From the NCBI RefSeq assembly GCF_006345805.1, contig NC_043009.1, forward strand, positions 62,372,001 to 62,436,000: a stretch of DNA of 64,000 nucleotides. Direction: 5' to 3'. The notes below the pieces were generated by a model. That model had not been told where the DNA came from. It saw only the letters and a program-made list of their open reading frames with translations, and did no database searches. Position numbers and translations under genes: made by a program. Shown one piece after another: positions 51,361 to 63,637 of this stretch; positions within the stretch are counted from its first letter, which is position 1, and every line of letters starts with the position of its first letter. This DNA is from Octopus sinensis (taxonomy: Eukaryota).

Positions 51361-51562
51361 AGTTTGCTTCACAACTAACTGCGTGGCTTTGGCTGGAAGT
51401 TCGATCCTACATCGCGTTATTTATGGCAAGTATCGTCTACTATAGTTTGGGGTCTACTCAAGCTTTGTAGAGACGTTTGGTTGTGAGAACTCTGAAGCGG
51501 TCCTTCAAAAGAACTGTTTCTGTTCTTGGGTGATGGACTTCATTTGTCGATCAACTTAAATC
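51361..51562 (+). repeat. Segment X (decayed SINE head plus unique DNA), source or partner of an inverted duplicate
   Basis: Reverse complement of 53172-53373; 14 mismatches in 202 nt, no indels. Confidence 0.88.
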
Positions 51563-51716
51563 ATTACCTGAACCTTTTAGAAGGTTTCTGATGAGTTTTA
51601 CGGATCCAGACAAGATCTTCCTTCCCAGACAATAGTTTCGGAGTTGCTGGAGAGGTTTATAGTCGTTGTCTTTCCTCTTCTCATTCAAAAAGGGAAGCAA
51701 TATCTTAAGCGACTTT

Positions 51717-51949
51717 AAGGCGGCGAGTTGGCAGAATCGTTAGCACGCCGGGCGAAATACTTAGCGGTATTTCTGCCGCTACGTTCTGAGTTCAAATTCC
51801 GCCGATATCGACTTTGACTTTCATCTTTTCGTGGTCGATTAAATAAGTACCAATTACGCACTGGAGTCGATATAATCGACTTAATCCCTTTGTCTGTCCT
51901 TGTCTGTCCCTTCTATGTTTAGCTCCTTGTGGGAAATAAAGAAATAAGA
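51717..51949 (+). mobile_element. SINE family B, full length
   Basis: Aligns to 48136-48370; a degenerate second copy follows at about 51945-52130. Confidence 0.88.
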
Positions 51950-53073
51950 ATCGTTGGTATGTCGGATAAAACGCTTAACGGTGCTTTTTTCCGACATAAC
52001 GTTTTGAATCCGCGGAAGTCGACTTTGCCTTTCGTCCTATCTGGATCGATAAAATAAGTACCAGTTGAACACTGGGGTCGAATGTAACCGACTTAGCCCC
52101 TCTCACGAAATTGCTGGCCGTTGCCAAATTTTTTAAATCGATATCTTAAGCGGCTGTTTAGAAATTGAGTAATAACCTTCAATGTCTTAAAAAGTTTGGC
52201 AACTGAATGATGTCTTAAGTAGGCAAAGCATTAGCTGGTAAGCCTGAGAATGCGCTTCTGTTGGCAAAATTCATCTGAACGGAAATATATATAGCGATCT
52301 ATATCTATGATGAGATTGTTGATTGGAACAATCGATAATTTTATTGTCTTCATATTCTTCGTAAAGTAATTACCTGAAACTATTCTTTTATTCCGGGGGA
52401 GGGCCTAACTATAGTTGAATTAAGGTCTGTATAAAAATATTTAATCAATGTTATTGCCAGAAATGTGTCACTAATGAATCCAATAACCTACTTTTTGGTG
52501 ATTCGATGTTGTTAATAATAACAAATAAGTCTGTATGCCTGGAGTAATTGTAATGTTTCGGTTTGTCTTTTATCAGATAAAGTGCTTTTATTAATCTAAT
52601 AAAAGACTCACTCCACATGCAACAGTATATCAGAGAAAGTAACATTCTTAATCCAATATAATCCACTCTTCACCCATATAACGTAAAGGAGCCCATTTTT
52701 TTTTATTTAGTGAAATACCATCAGACACAAATATATCTCATTTTATATGTTCTCTCTGTAAAAAGAGCTGGATTTAGATATGTTGTAAAATAGCTTCGGA
52801 AAATTAGGAAGATTAGTGATGTTCTCCTTATATTATAAATAGTTCTGAGATAATTTGTTTGTTTCTTTATGTTTCGTATGATTACGGGAAGACTTTTGTC
52901 TCTGTAATAAATAGTGAATGAAGGTCAAGAATAGTTGAGCTTTATGGGAGTACGTGTTGTGTGGTTGTGTGGAAACCAGTTGATAGGATGTTTCTCTACT
53001 CGGAGATGGGTCAAACTGGTTTATATTAATTTCATATTTTGGCACAAGACCAGCAATTTCGGAGGAGGGTGTT

Positions 53074-53373
53074 TTATGTCGAATTTTTCAGATCCAGATT
53101 TACAGCCACCGCCCCAAAGGGTCGACTTATACATCAAAGCAGCTTTGGAGGGCCAAAATTTCCATGAGGAGGATTTAAGTTGATCGACAAATTAAGTCCA
53201 TCACCCAAGAGCAGAAACAGTCCTTTTGAAGGACCGCTTCAGAGTTCTCACAATCAAACTTCTCTACAAAGCTTGATTAGACCCTATGCTATAGTAGACG
53301 ATTCTTGCCATAAATAACGCGATGCAGGATTGAACTTTCAGCCAAAACCACGCAGTTAGTTGTGAAGCAAACT
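53074..53373 (-). repeat. Inverted mosaic of segment Y (55342-55435) and segment X (51361-51562)
   Basis: 53074-53166 is the reverse complement of Y and 53172-53373 is the reverse complement of X; 5-nt junction AGGAG. Confidence 0.85.
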
Positions 53374-53379
53374 AAGTAC

Positions 53380-53760
53380 ACAACTGGTATTTATTTTATC
53401 GACCTCGAAAGGATGAAAGACGAAGTCGACCTCGACATAATTTGAACTCAAAACGTCAAGACGGACGAAATGCCGCTAAGCATTTTGTCCGGCGTGTTAA
53501 AGACTCTGCTAGTTGGCCGCCTTTGAAATGGTTTATATTAATTCCAAGTTTCGGCACAAGGCCAGCAAGATTGGGGGTAGGGATAAGTCGACTACATTGA
53601 CCTCAGTGTTCAGCTGGTACTTATCGTATTTTATCGACTCCGAAAAGGATGAAAGGCAAAGTCGACCTCGGCAAAATTTGAAGTCAGAACGTAAAAACGG
53701 ACGAAATGCCACAAAGCAATTTGTTCGGCGCTACAACGATACTGCCAACTCCCCGCCTTA
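53380..53760 (-). mobile_element. Two tandem SINE family B copies (53380-53522 and 53530-53760)
   Basis: Both carry tatcgac..cgaaaggatgaaag.c.aagtcgacctcg and acggacgaaatgcc. Confidence 0.8.
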
Positions 53761-54336
53761 TGAATTGGTGTATACTGATATCGAACACTTAGTGTATGTG
53801 AGAGAGGGACGATGGGAGAGAAAGAAAGGCAGAGAGAGGAGAGAAAGCGACAGGGGGTGGAACGGAACAGAAAACGGTGATTCGACATGGTTTTAACTGA
53901 TCTCTAAAACCAACGAAAGAACTATTCAAACCTCACGTTTCGTTCGAGGAAAAACTGTGTCGTGTGTATGTAAGAAGAAATGAAGCGAATTGAGCAGACG
54001 ACAGCTGATATGATTGAAAGAAACGGGAAGGGAAAGAAGGAAGAGACATGGAGGGAAATAAGAAGGAAAAAAAAAGAAGCGAAAAAGGAAATGGAAGACA
54101 ATAAAATTGGAATTAAAGTAAGAATACTGGAAAGAATAAAGTAGAAGATCAAGCTTCTAAAATGCCTTTCACTTTCCACAGGAGTTCAGTTGTAAAAGAC
54201 AGGGTCCAGCTGAGCAAACAAGGTTGATTGACCGAAATGAGGTTTAACCTAGATTGATGGTTGTGTTTGAATAGATAAAATGGATGGATAGATAGATAGA
54301 TAGATAGATACATACATACATACATACATACATACA

Positions 54337-54370
<34 letters not shown>

Positions 54371-55173
54371 CATGCATACATAATTGTGAATGAAGAATTA
54401 AAAGGGACGTGAATGAAAGAAAAGTGAGAGAAGGAGAGAAAAAGAGTGAGAGAATGATATTCAAAATATGAAAGATATAAAGTGACTATAACCGCGGTGG
54501 GAGGCGCGATCGGAAAGGATAAAAATGAAATAGACAGACAAATAGATAAATATATAAATAAATAAATAAATAAATAAATAAGATTATTCTAGAAATAAAT
54601 CTGATTAGAACTACTTCTAAAGGTGGAACATTTAAGTAGTAGGTTGTTGTAGAATTCACAAAGGAATTATGTTTAACTTACGGGTGGGTCGGTGAAGGAA
54701 ATGTATTAACAACCTTCGCATCCCACCCTTAATTCCTCTATATATAAAAAAAAAACATGGCTTCACCGACCTCACATATACCCGCTTCTGTACCCATCCC
54801 GACCCTAACACACTTTTTCAGGAAAAGTAAACAATTTCTCCCTTTCTTTTGCGAACTAACAATATGCAAGTGAGATCTTCGACGATGTACGTTCGTGTGT
54901 GTATGCATTTGTTTATATGTACGTGCGTATGTGTATATACATGCGTGCGTGTTTGTGTGTGTGTATATAAAACATACACATTTATGTGTATGTATTATAT
55001 ATAAATATATGCATAGATATTATATGTAGCTATACATAGATATATATATGTCGTTATATGTATGTATGTATGTATGTATATATATTCTAAACAAAACTGT
55101 GCGACGAACGGGAACGTGAAACTCTAAGTAACAGTTTTTGTGATATTTTTGCTGCTTTTTAATAAAGTGTGTG

Positions 55174-55224
<51 letters not shown>

Positions 55225-55341
55225 ATACGTACATGCGCGCGCCATATTTTCCGGCCTACAATCCAACAGAATAGATAGTGTAACCGTATCGTGTAAACAC
55301 TTAAATATCGTCACTATCTTTCCAAATTCGGTTGCATTTCA

Positions 55342-55435
55342 CATGGAGATTTTGGCCCTCCAAAGCTGCTTTGATGTGTAAGTCGACCCTTTGCGGCGGT
55401 GGCTATAAATCTGGGCCTTAAAAAATTCGACATAA
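55342..55435 (+). repeat. Segment Y, partner of an inverted duplicate
   Basis: catggagattttggccctccaaagctgctttgatgtgtaagtcgaccc... is the reverse complement of 53074-53166 (about 90% by eye). Confidence 0.85.
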
Positions 55436-56374
55436 TATATACAGGAAAATACGTTAGATCTGAGACAGAAGTTCGTTTCTAATGCTGTATATGCATGCTT
55501 GTGGGAAACTTAATTAAACGTGTGGGGCCATCATCGAGGACATCTGTACCTGAATGTGAACTAAAAATGATTTCGAATGATAAGATAAATGATAAAATGA
55601 AAGGAAAAGTTTGTTTTCACAACAAACAGAATTGGGAAGATTCTTTACAAACAGAACTAGAATTTTCAAATTTGTCTTTAAAAAAGTATTCTAAGGACAG
55701 CTTATGAAATGCTGAAGCGAAAATGAATCATGGAAACAAGGAAATACAAACCATATGAAGAGAATTTTAGAGAACTCAAAGAAAAAAGGCCAAAAATATA
55801 TTATCTTACCCTGAGTATTAATATCTATATATACATGTGCACATGCCAAAATATAAATACATAATGTTTATCAACGTGTGATAAGAATAAAAAAACAAAG
55901 AACTCGATACTGTTGTATAATACACGTACACATATGCAACACACACACAAATATATACGAATGATTTCCAAATTTTGGGGTGTTTTTTGCTAAAAAATTT
56001 TTATGAAACGATACTGTGGTTAGAGAGGGTTTGTGTTTTGTAGTTCGCCAAAGATCTGACACTCCGATAACTTACAGAAGCAGTATACATACTGGAAGCA
56101 AAACTCTGAATCCACACACACATACGCTCAATAGAAAGAACTACTATCCACTACAACAGTAAAACAACGAGAATAAAATATGATTATACATAAACGCTTG
56201 ACTGACTGTATGACAAGCTCAAACAGAAAGAAAATCAGCCGTAGATATTCAAATCATTAGAAAGGCTACTGTAGTGGAACGAAAAGTTTAACTCTAGTTG
56301 ATTAATTGTACAATTGATAAGTTAACAATAAAATTGAAGGGTACTTCAACTATTACGTATCTTTATTGACAAAC

Positions 56375-56622
56375 TCTGTTGTGTCTGGGGAGAGTCATTT
56401 TCTTTTTGTGCCTTATAATTTAACACACTCACCGGTAAAATTTCCACTTATTTCTAATGTATATTTTCCTAAAATTTTCGTTGCCTCTTGCAACCTTTTC
56501 AATAGTTTTGACGCAACGAAAATTTTAAGAAAATATACATTAGAAATAAGTGGAAATTTTACTGGTGAGTGTGTTACATTATAAGGCACAAAAAGAAAAT
56601 GACTCTCCCCAGACACAACAGA
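56375..56622. repeat. Fold-back inverted repeat (110-bp arms, 28-nt loop) within a dispersed repeat copy
   Basis: 56375-56484 vs 56513-56622: 3 mismatches. The 12-bp direct repeat TATTGACAAACT lies at 56364-56375 and 56683-56694. Confidence 0.93.
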
Positions 56623-56965
56623 ATATGCTTCAACACACGAACTCATATAAAGAATCTTGCAAACCAAATCCAAAAAATGAAATATTGACAAACTGATCCT
56701 CCCAAAATACTACACATACACGCATACATACATACATACGTACGCACGCACATACATCCATACACACACACATACATACATACATACATACATACATACA
56801 TACATACATACATACATACATACATACATACATACATACATACATACAGGAGACTATGTGTATGTATGTTAGACGATAGAAATTCATAAGCCTTCATTTG
56901 ATATTGTTTATGTTAAATTTAAATATTATCTGCGATAATCCACACATAAATATTACCATGTGTGT

Positions 56966-57010
<45 letters not shown>

Positions 57011-57059
57011 TATTATATGTATGTATGTATATATATATATATATGTGTGTGTATGTATG

Positions 57060-57091
<32 letters not shown>

Positions 57092-57959
57092 CGTACGTAC
57101 GTATATATGTACGTACGTATGTATGTGCGTACATAGTACCTATGTTTATATACATACTTACATTCATAGATACATATCGACGTATGCGTTTTTACGAATT
57201 TATATATATAAGCCTGTGCGCTTTCATTTACTAAACTAATTAGTCTGTGTGCTGGATGGTGTCTTTACTAATTAACTGTACTTTACTAATTATTAGACTC
57301 ACACGAGTGATTTTGCTTTACAGTCTGCAAATTCATAATTCAACGACGACCACCTGCAAGACGCAATATATATATATACAAACCCATTCCTATACGAGAA
57401 CATGCATGCATGTTTACATGTATGTATTAGCTGTAGCTGGTCCTTGAAATCTATAATGCCACATTCCTGGAATAGCAGGAGTTAATCTCCTCCAGCGCTT
57501 TTAACTGCTTCTATGACTCATGGAATGAAAACAGGTTATGTTTGTGTGGGAGGAGGGGGGATAATGCATAGGGGCGACTGTGTGTGTGTGTCTGTGTGTA
57601 CCTGCGTGCATGTGCGCGTGTGTTCTTTTACGGATAGGATATAGAGACATTATGCGCAAGAAGTGTCAACCGTTTCCTCAATTAAATTTATTGTACACAC
57701 ACACACGCATATTAGTGGGATAGAAGGTGTTGCCTAGGAAACAAGCGCTCAGTCGGTGGCCAATTTATTGAAAATTAATTATGATAGTCCTACATGAATT
57801 TGTTCCTTCAAACGTAGCATTTTTTTTATTCCTCGTAAAGTAGATGCAAGCTTCAAAAACCCATTACCTCTGGCAAAACATAAACACACAATTCTCAGCC
57901 AAGAGCTTCGTGTTAAACAACGTTTTTTTTTTTGTTGTTTTTGTGGGGTTTTTTTCCAC

Positions 57960-58068
57960 TGCTTCCCAACTACATGGTTCCGGGTTCAGTCCCACTGCGT
58001 GACACCTTGGGTAAGTGCCTTCAACTACAGGCTCGGGTCGACCAAAGCCGGAAGCTGGAAACAAATTG

Positions 58069-58140
<72 letters not shown>

Positions 58141-58362
58141 CATCTATATTTGTGTTTCATTGTGTATGTGTTTGTTCTACCCAACCGCTTAGCAACCGAT
58201 GTTGATTTGTGTTTGCCCTCGTAACTTAGCAGTTCGGCAAAGGACACCGATAGAATAAGCACTAAGCTTTAAAAACAGTTCTAGAGTCGATTCGTTCGAT
58301 TAAAAACCCTTCAAGGCGGAGCCTCAGCATGGCCGCAGTCCAATGACTGAAACAAGTAAAGG
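57960..58362 (+). mobile_element. SINE family A, near full length with internal (TG)n
   Basis: catggttccgggttcagtcccactgcgtgacaccttggg head and cagcatggccgcagtccaatgactgaaacaag tail. Confidence 0.85.
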
Positions 58363-58754
58363 ATACGTACAGACACACAGACAGACAGACAGACAGGCAG
58401 ACAGACATACTGACAGACACGTACATAAAAGCATGCATACACACATACATGTGAACAGTAGCGAAGCAGTGTCCTGCACAGACCTCCACTGAGAGTCTAC
58501 CCCGATACTACCCTTCCTTACAACTCCCCCAACCAGTTATCCACCCCGTATATGTATATCCACCTGATTAAGTGACAGTATCCAATTCCCTTACTTACAC
58601 AATAGATTGTATTATACACTCAGCTCTTGTTTAACAACAAATAAGCTTTCGTTTCACAAATCGTAAACCTCCCCACTCCCCCACCCACAAACCATCCCAT
58701 TCTCACACCCCACACACGTACGCACACGCTTCTCTTCTCTCTCCCATGTCACTT

Positions 58755-58792
<38 letters not shown>

Positions 58793-58847
58793 CTCTCCCT
58801 ATGTGTTTGTGTAGTTGGGCATTTGTGTCTATAGATATATATATATG

Positions 58848-58934
<87 letters not shown>

Positions 58935-59065
58935 AGTATATTTGTATGTCTATGTGTGTGTGCGTATATATATATATATACCTTAAACGATTTTTCTCAC
59001 TTTCTTGTTTCTTTTTTTATTATCTCGCTAAACCTTTCTTCTCACTCTCTCACTCAATCTCACTT

Positions 59066-59126
<61 letters not shown>

Positions 59127-59446
59127 GCACACATCCGCGCTCGCTCCTCCACATCTGTTTTATTGGGGATGAAGATGATTGTATTCTTGATTAGATCCGG
59201 ATTAAGGGAATATACACAGGAGCTTCGCAGGACCCAGCGAAATTGGTGTGACCGAGGCCATTATACCTACGTTTTATACTTTTGTGAGTTGAAAACCGCA
59301 GTAATAAAAAAGAAAAAAAACTACGTCCAGAAAAAGGATTAGGGTTAAATGCAAACACATACATACATACATACATACATACATACATACATACATACAT
59401 ACATACATACATACATACATACATACATACATACATACATACATAC

Positions 59447-59560
59447 AAAAATACCCTGTTGTTGATGTTGGAATTCCAATGAAGGAGCCTTGGATCTGGG
59501 TTAGAAACCAGTTCTTTTATATTGGCAAGAAATCTTGAAATAAACTGAATAATGACATAC
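59447..59560 (+). mobile_element. Dong/R4-like LINE 3' terminal fragment (tail only)
   Basis: Reverse complement of 8748-8860; starts right after (CATA)n and ends ATGACATAC. Confidence 0.85.
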
Positions 59561-59570
59561 AGACAGACAG

Positions 59571-59890
59571 AAAGCTAATTCAAAGACTACGATCCAATCC
59601 ATCATTGGAACTGTAAAAATCTGTAAAACTTTCCAGAAGTTTATCATTTAAATGTATATGAGCATATCTATATATGCAACTATATGCATGAGAATGCATA
59701 CTTAAAGCAAAACATACAAATCTGCACACGTACATACATATATACATATATACATACATGCATACATACATACAAAAATATCCTGTTGTTGATGCTGAAA
59801 TTCCAATGAAGGAAACTTGGATCCAGGTTAGAAACCGGCTCTTTCTCTATTGGCAAGAAATCTTGAAAGAAAACTGAACAATGACATACA
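59571..59890 (+). mobile_element. Dong/R4-like LINE 3' fragment (ORF end plus 3' UTR), tandem with the previous copy
   Basis: Reverse complement of about 8748-9200; encodes the ..LIQRL..QSIIGTVKICKTFQKFII* terminus and ends ATGACATACATAC. Confidence 0.85.
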
Positions 59891-59935
59891 TACATACATA
59901 AACACACGCAAATCTTTTTATGAGGATGAAAGACA

Positions 59936-59999
<64 letters not shown>

Positions 60000-60139
60000 T
60001 GAAAGTGTGAAAAAGAATTTCACAGATAAGATATTAACCTTTGATAGCATGTAGGAAAGATACAAATCTCAGGAAATGACGATTGTCAATGTCATGATTA
60101 CAGGTGTGGAAACCTGCCGGATGACAGCTGGTTCTTTAT

Positions 60140-60345
60140 TTATCTCCCACCACCGCTCGTCAACTGATGTTGTTTGTATTTACGTTCCCGCAACTTAGCG
60201 GTTCAGCATAAAAACACACCGATTGAATAAGTTCCAGGCTTTAAAAAAAAAAGTACTAGGGCCTTTTTGTTCGACTAAAATTTTTCAAGGCGGTGCCCCA
60301 GCATAGCCGCAGTCTAATAACTGAAAATACAAGCAAAGGAATAAG
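60140..60345 (+). mobile_element. SINE family A 3' half
   Basis: cccgcaacttagcggttcagc...aaggcggtgccccagcatagccgcagtctaataactgaaa. Confidence 0.75.
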
Positions 60346-61264
60346 TTTCAACGATTTAATTCCATTGTATCCCTATTTTGTCGCACGAATGACTTAGTAT
60401 GTTACCTTCCATCGTTTTGACAAACGCTTGAAATGGTGTATCTCTTCTTATAAGACACAATGCATTCGGCCGGCCACCCCACCCCACCCCACCCATTACA
60501 TGCGATCACATTGTGACGATAGCTGAAGTTGCTTTGAAACTGAGGTAAATAATGGGTGCATTCTCTCTTCTAACCTTTTGTTAACATAACATCTTCGAAC
60601 TTATAGATACAAAAAAAATACCAAAGAAAAAGTTAAAAGGTAAAATAGAAAACGATCCTCTCCTGTTACCGAAAGATACATACCTTGAGATTGTCAGCTG
60701 TGTGACCTGATATAATTACGTAAATGTAATATTATTATTCAAAAGGAAATTCGAATCGAGAAGTGAGATTTCAGGATAGAATTTAAACCAAGAAAATTTG
60801 CAGCCTCGTTCTGAATCTGTCGGCTGTCATTCATTGTTGTACGACTGATTAAACGTGGTGTTTAGTTTGAGGAAGAAATTAAACAATATAATAGAAAACA
60901 TCTACAAACCATTTGGTATGTTGGCACCTTTTTTGCTTTTATTTTCGATTTTAGTTTCTTACTCTATTACTGCTGTTATTGTTGATTCCTATAAACCAAT
61001 GGTCAAAGATGTTCGAGTTTTGTTCATCCCGTTGTTTGTTGGGTTTTTCTTTTTCCTATATCTAGAACTACATTGTTCAGTGTGTCTTCTCTTCTTTACC
61101 AAGACAATAGTGTGTGATTTGGTTGCTATTTCTAGTAAGTCAAACAAGCACATTAAGGTCCCATCATTTTTTTTTTAATATAACGTTCACGAAATATCCT
61201 ATGACTAACAATAATTAATAATTGTTTTCTGACATAAGCATGAAGCCAGAAATTTTAGAAGGGA

Positions 61265-61415
61265 ACAGTCGACTGGTACTTTATTTTTATCGACCCCTGG
61301 GGGACGAAAAGCGAAGTAGAGACTTCGGTGATATTTTAACTCGGAGCATAAATAGCTGGAACAAATACCGCAAGACATTTTAAACGATGGTCTTAGAATT
61401 CTACCAATCCACTGC
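61265..61415 (-). mobile_element. SINE family B, degenerate
   Basis: gactggtacttta..ttttatcgacccctggggg.cgaaaagcgaagt.gac. Confidence 0.6.
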
Positions 61416-62034
61416 CCCGAGACAACAAATTAGTAGCAAGAATGAAAAAAAGCCAACGATGAATAGAACAGCGATAAGGACTACGAAAACAATTTGTATT
61501 GTTATTGATAGTGTTTTTATTGATTATGTGTGGCGAGTGGGGCGGCGAGTGAAGAATGGAGTAGGGATTACAAATAGATTGACAAAGCGATAAAATACAA
61601 TGGACATGATAAAGACATACCTGTAACATGCATTAGCGTGTATGCATGTGTACGTGTGCGCGTGTGTGTGTGTGTGTATGTGTGCACATTCTCACACAAA
61701 ATTAATACTTACTTGCATACAATATACATATGAAAATAATAATGATTGTGTTTCATTTGGCAGAATGATAGATAAATATAGATTAGAGTTCAATAATATG
61801 TGCTAAAATTCTATATTCTTTACAATACAACACAGAACAATATACCACAATACATCATTATAAAAAAAAACAATACATCACAATATAATATAATATATTA
61901 CAATACGAAATAATCAAACATATCGCAACAAATTAAAGCATAGAATATTACAGAATAACTACATTACAATATAACAGAATACATAGTTTAGCACAACACA
62001 AAACAATGTTTTACAATATAGTATAACACAATGT

Positions 62035-62295
62035 GGAAGCGCAATGGCCCAGTGGTTAGGGCAGCGGACTCGCGGTCGGAGGATCGCAGTTTCGATTCCC
62101 AGACCGGTCGTTGTGTGTGTTTATTGAGCGAAAACACCTAAGAGCTCCACAAGCCTCCGGCAGGGGGGGGGCGACTCCTGTTGTACTCTTTTACCCAAAC
62201 TTTCTCTCGCTCTTTCTTCCTGTGTCTGGGGGGAACACATACGCCGGAAAACCGGGCCCATGAGTCTGGCTAGGCTTGAAATGGGCGACGAATAA
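62035..62295 (+). mobile_element. tRNA-derived SINE family D
   Basis: GGAAGCGCAATGGCCCAGTGGTTAGGGCAGCGGACTCGCGG (A box, tRNA-like), GTTTCGATTCCC (B box); the 3' part ccggaaaaccgggcccatgag is related to the family C tail. Confidence 0.8.
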
Positions 62296-62997
62296 TACAA
62301 TGCATTCCAACGGAGCACAGTAGGGAACAATACAATATAGTCGACATATTACAATATATTAATATATAATATAAGCGAACAAAATGTGCAATACGGTTCA
62401 AACATGACAGGATACAGTATAATACTATATTGTATATTGTAGCTATATTGTATCATTACAATATAGTACAATAACAACAAAATATTTTGATAATGTCTGC
62501 TTATCGTTGTATTTTTTGTCACCAAGTGATTCAAGTAATTTGCACCCGAGTAGCTTTAACTATCTCATTTTATTTCTATCCAACATTTCGATCAGTCTAC
62601 CATCTTACCGTCTTCAGGTGTCCTATTACCGTATTCGACGTATATCCTATTTTCTAAGTAGGGTGAGTATATATGTGTGTGTATGGGAGGGTATATGCGC
62701 ATTTGTGAGTATTTCTCTGTGTACGTACGTATGTATGTATACAGGGTGTGTGTATGTATATGTGTGTGTGTAAAAAGGTTGAATGTAGATTCGTCTTTAA
62801 TTTGGAGGTTTCCAAAAAAAAACTATTTCTAACATACATTCTTCATATTTTACTGGTAGCTTACAGGTGTAAATTTATGAATATGAAAATAATACTTGTA
62901 TATGGTGTGTTGTGAATTCAGGAAAGAGATCTCATAAAACTCAACAATTTTGATAAAAATGGAGAAGTGAAAGTGTGAAAATAGAGAATTTAATTCA

Positions 62998-63119
62998 TGT
63001 AGACGATCGTTTCGTACAGCGATATAAAAATCATGCAAATTCATGGTTGAATAGAATTAATTAATTAAATTAACTAGATTAAATTAAATTAATTATATAT
63101 CACTGTACTCTTCAGTGCA
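62998..63119 (-). ncRNA. Type I hammerhead ribozyme, left-arm copy (intact core, one helix I mismatch)
   Basis: Minus strand reads TGCA CTGAAGA G TACAGTGATATA [69 nt] TATATCGCTGTA C GAAAC GATC GTC TACA; predicted cleavage between 63002 and 63001. Confidence 0.8.
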
Positions 63120-63271
63120 AGAAGTATAAACAAAATTTTTTACAAAGGACTTGAGAAAGGAACTGGACTCACACATATCTTACTTCCTCATAAGAATAAA
63201 TATGAATCTCTTATATTCTATTCTGCTTTTTCCTTTCTCAAATCTTTTGTTAAAATTTTGTTTATGCTTCC

Positions 63272-63389
63272 TGCACTGAAGAGTATAGTGATATATAATT
63301 AATTTAATTTAATCTAATTAATTTAATTAATTCTATTCAACCATAAATTTGCATGATTTTTATATCGCTGTACGAAACGATCATCTGCA
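63272..63389 (+). ncRNA. Type I hammerhead ribozyme, right-arm copy (intact helix I, GTC changed to ATC)
   Basis: TGCA CTGAAGA G TATAGTGATATA [65 nt] TATATCGCTGTA C GAAAC GATC ATC TGCA. Confidence 0.72.
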
Positions 63390-63571
63390 TGAATTTAAAT
63401 TCTCTTATAAATTTTAACGCCTTCTCTTCTCCATTTTTATCAAAATTGTTGAGTTTTATGGGATTTCTTTCCATAAATTCACAACAATATACAAATATAT
63501 ACATGTATATATTATATGTATGTGTGTGTATGTATGTATACATATATGTGTGTGTATATGTATGTGTGTAT

Positions 63572-63637
<66 letters not shown>

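Larger units (their letters stand above)
62897..63493. repeat. ~600-bp fold-back inverted repeat (~265-bp arms, ~67-nt spacer)
   Basis: About 62897-63162 pairs with about 63230-63493 (e.g. cataaaactcaacaattttgataaaaatggagaag / cttctccatttttatcaaaattgttgagttttatg). Confidence 0.92.

Noticed and set aside
52451-52666. Unique-sequence ORF as a possible receptor exon
   Set aside because: No recognisable family motif; AT-rich composition explains the I/L/K/N bias.
54630-54655. let-7-like 12-mer GTAGTAGGTTGT
   Set aside because: The seed region differs and there is no precursor hairpin.
53074-55435. Inverted Y copies as TIRs of a 2.4-kb DNA transposon
   Set aside because: No TSD or transposase, and the left copy is fused to an inverted duplicate of upstream DNA, favouring a local rearrangement.
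60855-61178. 107-aa hydrophobic ORF resembling a membrane protein
   Set aside because: It is the T-rich opposite strand of a dispersed repeat (ctagaaatagcaaccaaatc family, compare 37945-38120).
62575-62625. Minus-strand CCTGAAGACGGT...CGAAATG as a hammerhead
   Set aside because: Helix II register and the NUH triplet cannot be formed; possibly a decayed Penelope-type terminus.
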